The notes under the pieces: model-generated
What the model saw: the letters and a program-made list of their open reading frames with translations, nothing else
The model's database searches: none
Told to the model about the DNA's origin: nothing
Part shown: positions 28,037 to 32,000 of the stretch, one piece after another
How positions within the stretch are numbered: position 1 is the first letter of the stretch
Layout of the letters: every line of letters starts with the position of its first letter
Made by a program: the position numbers and the translations under genes
Source of the DNA: Dictyoglomus thermophilum H-6-12
GTDB lineage: Bacteria; Dictyoglomota; Dictyoglomia; Dictyoglomales; Dictyoglomaceae
DNA: 32,000 nt
Direction: 5' to 3'
Assembly (NCBI RefSeq): GCF_000020965.1
Contig: NC_011297.1
Location: forward strand, 1,428,525-1,460,524

Positions 28037-30984
28037 TTAAACTTGTAAGTCTTACTCTTAGGAACTTTAAACAATATCGAACTGCTCATATAAACTTTCC
28101 TGAAAAAGGTAAGATCCTTATCAAGGGAAAAAATGAGGCAGGAAAAAGCACCATATTTGAAGCTATAGGCTTTGCCCTATTTGGGAAACCGGTATATGTG
28201 GGTACCATTTCAAACCTGATAAAGTTTAATACAGAAAAAGCAGAAATTGAACTTGTAGTAAAAACTGAAGATAAAATCTTAACTATAAGCAGAACACTTA
28301 AGAAAAACCCTCAAGGTAGTACCTCTCAGGAAGCTACACTTCGCATAAAGCAAAATAATAATCCAACTCCTATTATCGTAACAAACCCTAGCAGTGTAAA
28401 TCCAAGAATTATAAAAGAAATAGGCATAGACCAAGATATATTCATAAATACCTGCTTCATAGGGCAGAAAAGGTTAGAAACATTAGAGAATTTAGGAGCT
28501 AAAGAAAGACAACAACTTATATCTAAACTATTTAATTTAGATTACTTTGTAAATCTAATAGAAAAGGCAAAAGATACAAGAAAGGAATTTATAAGTCAAA
28601 AAGAGAACTATGAACTTATTAGAAAAGCAGCAGAAGCCAAGAAAGAACTCCCTGAAATTAAGGAAAGAATTAATGAAATAGAAAACAGAATAAAGGAAAT
28701 CGAAAAGATAGAATTATCTCAAAATATTGTAAAAAAAGAGGAACTCTTACATAACTTAGAAGAAGAGATTAAAAAATTAGAGGAAGAATTTGATAAAGTA
28801 AAAAAGGATGTGGAACTATTAGAAAAGTGCAAAGAAGAGGAGAAAATTATAAGCGAAATAAAAAGTATTGAGGAAAAAATCAAAGTACTGGAAAGACAGA
28901 AGAGTGAAAACTTACAAAGAATTAAAAATTTAGAGGAAAGGATAAAAGAAGAAGGAGAGATAAGAGAAAAAATAAGGTTTTTGGAGGAAGTAAAAAATAT
29001 AAAATCTCAAATTGATGAAATCACAAAAACAATAAATGAGGAAAAATTAAAAATCTCAAAACTGGAAGAGATAATCCCAAATCTGTCAGAAAAGGTAGAA
29101 AAATATAAAGAAACAATTAAGGAAATAGAAAAAGAAAAAACTTTATTAGATGAAATTAACAAAGTAGAAAATGAAATCCAGAAACTTGAAGAAAGAAAAA
29201 GAAATCTTGAAAAAAGAAAAGAAAGGTTAGAAAAAATATTAAATAACTTTTCAAATACCAAAGAAATTCTTGATCCTTATAAAAAAGCATTAGAGTACAA
29301 AGAAAAAGAAATCCAAATTTTCTCATTACAAAAAGATTTCTCAAAGGCTAAAAATAGACTAATTCTTACTTCTACCTTAACTATCCTTTCCTTTGTTTTA
29401 TCCTTTGCTTTAAACTACTTTTTCCTAATACCCTCCTTGGTACTCCTAATCTTTAGTTTTCTTACCTATAGAAATTATTCTCAAACCAATAAAGATCTCA
29501 CTAAACAATTAAGCATTTTGGAATTTATAAAAAAAGACATTCCTGACCATCTTAAAGATAAAAATCAAAAAGAGTTAGAACAAGAGCTCCAAAATCTTGA
29601 AAAAGAACTTGAAGCTAAGAAAATTAAAACAGAAAAAATAATAGAATCGTTAAAGACAAAAGCCTCAAGTATAGACACTTTAACCTTAATAGAGGAAAGG
29701 ACAAAGCTAAAAAGAGAAATTGACAACATAAACTCACTAAAAACTGAGGCTGAAAGATTAATCTCCGAGCTTGCCTCAAGGCTTAGTTGTAATAAAGATA
29801 TTAAATCTGTAGAAGAAAAATTACTAAAGGCACAAGAGATCTTAGAAAAGAAAAAGCAAGAACTTAAAGAAAAAGAAACAGAAATGGAAAATCTAAAAAA
29901 ATCCGATCCCCTTCCTGACAAGGAACTTTTAGTTTTAAGCTCTGAAAAAGGCTCTTTGGAAAATAGGCTTAAAAATATAGAGGAAGATAAAAAAGAGTTA
30001 GCTGATAAAGAGAAGAGAAAAATAGAGCTTGAAGAAGATATCAAAAGAGCACAAGATGAAATTGAAAGGCTATCGAAAAAATTACCTTCATTAAGCGAAG
30101 ATTATATAAATAAATTGAAGGATACTATAAAAGACTTAGAGGAAAGAAAGGTAAAAGAAAAATACGACAGTATATCATCCCAACTGAACAATAAGAGGGG
30201 ACAAAGAGAGGCTGTAGAAAAAGAATATACCAAACTTATCGAAGAATTCAAAAATCGTTTTAAGGAAGAAAATTGGAAAGACTATGCTTCAATAAGCATA
30301 GACCCTAAGGAAAAAGAAATGCTTTTGAGTCAAAAAGAAGAACTTATCAAAACCCTCGGAGAAAAGGAGGCTATACTTGAAGAGTATGAGAGCAAAACAG
30401 GACAAAAAAGGGATGACTTGATACCAGAAAAAGTAGAAGAAGACTATAAAGAGATAGAAAGAAAAATACAAAAAATGGATTATGCTATCAAGATTGCTGA
30501 AAGTACAAGAGAAAGCATATTAAAATCTATACTTCCAAGAACCATGGCTTTTATGCAAAGAATATTACCTATCTTAACATCAGATAGATACCATTACGCC
30601 GAGATTGATGAAGATTATAAACTAAGAGTATACACCAGCGATACTAAAGATCCATTAGGAAAAGAAAGATTCAGTGGTGGAACTCAGGACCAGATCTCTT
30701 TAGCTTTAAGGCTTGCTTTTGCTATGGCAACTCTTCCCCAAGATAAAGGAGTACAACCTAAATTCATATTCTTAGATGAACCTTTAGGGTCCTTTGATGA
30801 AGACAGAGCAAAAGGACTATTATATCTCATAACCCAAGGAGAAGTATCAGAATTTTTTGATCAAATATTTGTAGTAACTCACGTACCGATAGACGAAGAC
30901 CTATTCGATGAAGTCTATTACATAGATAATGGACAAATAACAAAAATAGATAATGATAATCCTAATCTAAATTTAGAGTTTTAA
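28033..30984 (+). CDS. rad50: Rad50/SbcC/YhaN-like SMC-type ATPase with a central hydrophobic hairpin and no CxxC hook
   Basis: Walker A IKGKNEAGKSTIFEAIGFALFG, long coiled coils, hydrophobic segment aa 443-479, signature RFSGGTQDQISLALRLAFAMA, Walker B FIFLDEPLGSFDEDRAKG. 4-nt overlap with mre11. Confidence 0.93.
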   Translation: MIKLVSLTLRNFKQYRTAHINFPEKGKILIKGKNEAGKSTIFEAIGFALFGKPVYVGTISNLIKFNTEKAEIELVVKTEDKILTISRTLKKNPQGSTSQEATLRIKQNNNPTPIIVTNPSSVNPRIIKEIGIDQDIFINTCFIGQKRLETLENLGAKERQQLISKLFNLDYFVNLIEKAKDTRKEFISQKENYELIRKAAEAKKELPEIKERINEIENRIKEIEKIELSQNIVKKEELLHNLEEEIKKLEEEFDKVKKDVELLEKCKEEEKIISEIKSIEEKIKVLERQKSENLQRIKNLEERIKEEGEIREKIRFLEEVKNIKSQIDEITKTINEEKLKISKLEEIIPNLSEKVEKYKETIKEIEKEKTLLDEINKVENEIQKLEERKRNLEKRKERLEKILNNFSNTKEILDPYKKALEYKEKEIQIFSLQKDFSKAKNRLILTSTLTILSFVLSFALNYFFLIPSLVLLIFSFLTYRNYSQTNKDLTKQLSILEFIKKDIPDHLKDKNQKELEQELQNLEKELEAKKIKTEKIIESLKTKASSIDTLTLIEERTKLKREIDNINSLKTEAERLISELASRLSCNKDIKSVEEKLLKAQEILEKKKQELKEKETEMENLKKSDPLPDKELLVLSSEKGSLENRLKNIEEDKKELADKEKRKIELEEDIKRAQDEIERLSKKLPSLSEDYINKLKDTIKDLEERKVKEKYDSISSQLNNKRGQREAVEKEYTKLIEEFKNRFKEENWKDYASISIDPKEKEMLLSQKEELIKTLGEKEAILEEYESKTGQKRDDLIPEKVEEDYKEIERKIQKMDYAIKIAESTRESILKSILPRTMAFMQRILPILTSDRYHYAEIDEDYKLRVYTSDTKDPLGKERFSGGTQDQISLALRLAFAMATLPQDKGVQPKFIFLDEPLGSFDEDRAKGLLYLITQGEVSEFFDQIFVVTHVPIDEDLFDEVYYIDNGQITKIDNDNPNLNLEF

Positions 30985-31828
30985 GATATTCTTTAAATTG
31001 TTCTCCAAGTCCTTCTCTTTTAAGAGCAAGCTCTACTGAGGCTATTAAAAATCCAAGTTTACTACCTGTATCATACCTCTTACCTTTAAATTCATAAGCA
31101 TATATGGCTTCTTTCTCCAAAAGCATTTTCAACCCATCCGTAAGCTGTATTTCTCCCCCTCTTCCAGGCTTAACTTTCTCAAGCATAGGAAATATCTCAG
31201 GAGTTAATATATACCTTCCTACAATAGCAAGATCAGAAGGTGCCTCATCTACCGACGGTTTCTCTACAAGATCAGTTACTTGATATATACCCTCATCAAT
31301 CTTCTTACCTGCTATAACCCCATAATTTTTAACCTCGTCTTTTGGAACTCTCTCTACAGCTATGACTGAGCATTTGTATCTTTCATATATCTCTATCATC
31401 TGTTTCATACAAGGCACATCACTTACAATAAGATCATCGCTCAAAATTACAGCAAAAGGTTCATTCTTAACAAGTTCTTTGGTAACCAAAACAGCATGAC
31501 CAAGCCCAAGAGGTTCTTTCTGCCTAATATAATAGACAGTAGCAAGCTCTGAGATCTCCCTTACCTGTCTCAGTAAGTCCAATTCTCCTTTTTTCTGTAA
31601 GAAATATTCCAGTTCAAAAGATATATCAAAATGATCTTCGATCGCCCTCTTATTCCTGCCTGTGACAATAATTATCTCGTCAATTCCAGAATTTACAGCC
31701 TCCTCTACTGCATATTGAATTATAGGCTTATCCACTACAGGAAGCATCTCCTTAGGTTGCGCCTTTGTAGCTGGAAGAAATCTAGTACCAAGACCTGCAG
31801 CAGGAAAGACAGCCTTATTTATAGACAT
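30962..31828 (-). CDS. galU: UTP-glucose-1-phosphate uridylyltransferase
   Basis: KAVFPAAGLGTRFLPATKAQPKEMLPVVDKPIIQYAVEEAVNSGI, VILSDDLIV, KPGRGGEIQLTD, GKRYDTGSKLGFLIA. Confidence 0.97.
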   Translation of the reverse strand: MSINKAVFPAAGLGTRFLPATKAQPKEMLPVVDKPIIQYAVEEAVNSGIDEIIIVTGRNKRAIEDHFDISFELEYFLQKKGELDLLRQVREISELATVYYIRQKEPLGLGHAVLVTKELVKNEPFAVILSDDLIVSDVPCMKQMIEIYERYKCSVIAVERVPKDEVKNYGVIAGKKIDEGIYQVTDLVEKPSVDEAPSDLAIVGRYILTPEIFPMLEKVKPGRGGEIQLTDGLKMLLEKEAIYAYEFKGKRYDTGSKLGFLIASVELALKREGLGEQFKEYLKTLNLD

Positions 31829-31839
31829 AGCAATACCCC

Positions 31840-32000
31840 CTATTCCTCTGGAATCTTTATAATTACAATAGTCAAAGAGCCTTCTTCCACTAAAAGTTGG
31901 TGAGAGGTATTAGCAGGAATAAAAAGTACATCACCACTTTTCATATCAATAGTCTCATAGTTTAAAATATTACACCCTCTAATCTCGTATGGTTCAACTT
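31840..32000 (-). CDS. Cupin-domain protein, C-terminal part (start outside window)
   Basis: Hand translation of the minus strand: VEPYEIRGCNILNYETIDMKSGDVLFIPANTSHQLLVEEGSLTIVIIKIPEE*, a cupin motif 2-like G(D)xxxxPxxxxH. Confidence 0.72.
   Translation of the reverse strand, partial: VEPYEIRGCNILNYETIDMKSGDVLFIPANTSHQLLVEEGSLTIVIIKIPEE

Noticed and set aside
27784-28089. 101 aa minus-strand ORF spanning the mre11/rad50 junction
   Set aside because: Antisense to two well-supported genes; low-complexity composition.
28741-29340. Repetitive-looking A/G-rich DNA in rad50, considered as a repeat array
   Set aside because: Explained by Glu/Lys codon usage of coiled coil; no regular period at the DNA level.
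29565-30044. 159 aa minus-strand ORF inside rad50
   Set aside because: Ser/Leu/Phe-rich sequence typical of the antisense frame of a Lys/Glu-rich coiled coil; the same applies to 29007..29261, 29156..29344 and 30289..30471.
24060-30984. Interpretation as a dedicated anti-phage defence island
   Set aside because: HerA/NurA/SMC-type ATPase content overlaps with defence systems, but the neighbours are housekeeping genes with no mobile elements, other defence genes or atypical composition visible, so repair is the more economical reading; not excluded.

Overview
AT-rich bacterial chromosomal segment. The gene content looks like a thermophile, possibly Dictyoglomus-like; this is inference, since no search was run. 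There are two large, tightly packed transcription units. (1) A minus-strand housekeeping run of about 12.5 kb: yebC-ruvC-ruvA-ruvB-queH-dagK-like-DUF2905-spoIID-like-queA-tgt-yajC-secD-secF-recJ. (2) A plus-strand run, 21357..30984: SIS-domain protein, DUF212/divergent PAP2, GT4 glycosyltransferase, NurA, HerA, Mre11-like, Rad50-like. Other content: an AraC-type regulator (partial), a histidine phosphatase, tRNA-Ser(GCT), a stand-alone Clp-N domain protein, an exported MBL-fold hydrolase, PolX, TrmI-type tRNA methyltransferase, an atypical HAD phosphatase, NnrE/NnrD, a NusG-domain-II membrane protein, an exported SagB-type nitroreductase, GalU and a partial cupin. The most interesting observation is the archaeal-style NurA-HerA-Mre11-Rad50 operon. 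Its Rad50-like ATPase has no CxxC zinc hook; near the coiled-coil midpoint it carries a strongly hydrophobic two-helix segment (aa 443-479), with NEAGKST and SGGTQDQ motifs, which suggests a possible membrane-associated Mre11-Rad50-like machine. Secondary observations: several apparently leaderless promoters, including two divergent overlapping pairs, and no intergenic space at any of the four convergent junctions. No CRISPR array or mobile element was seen.
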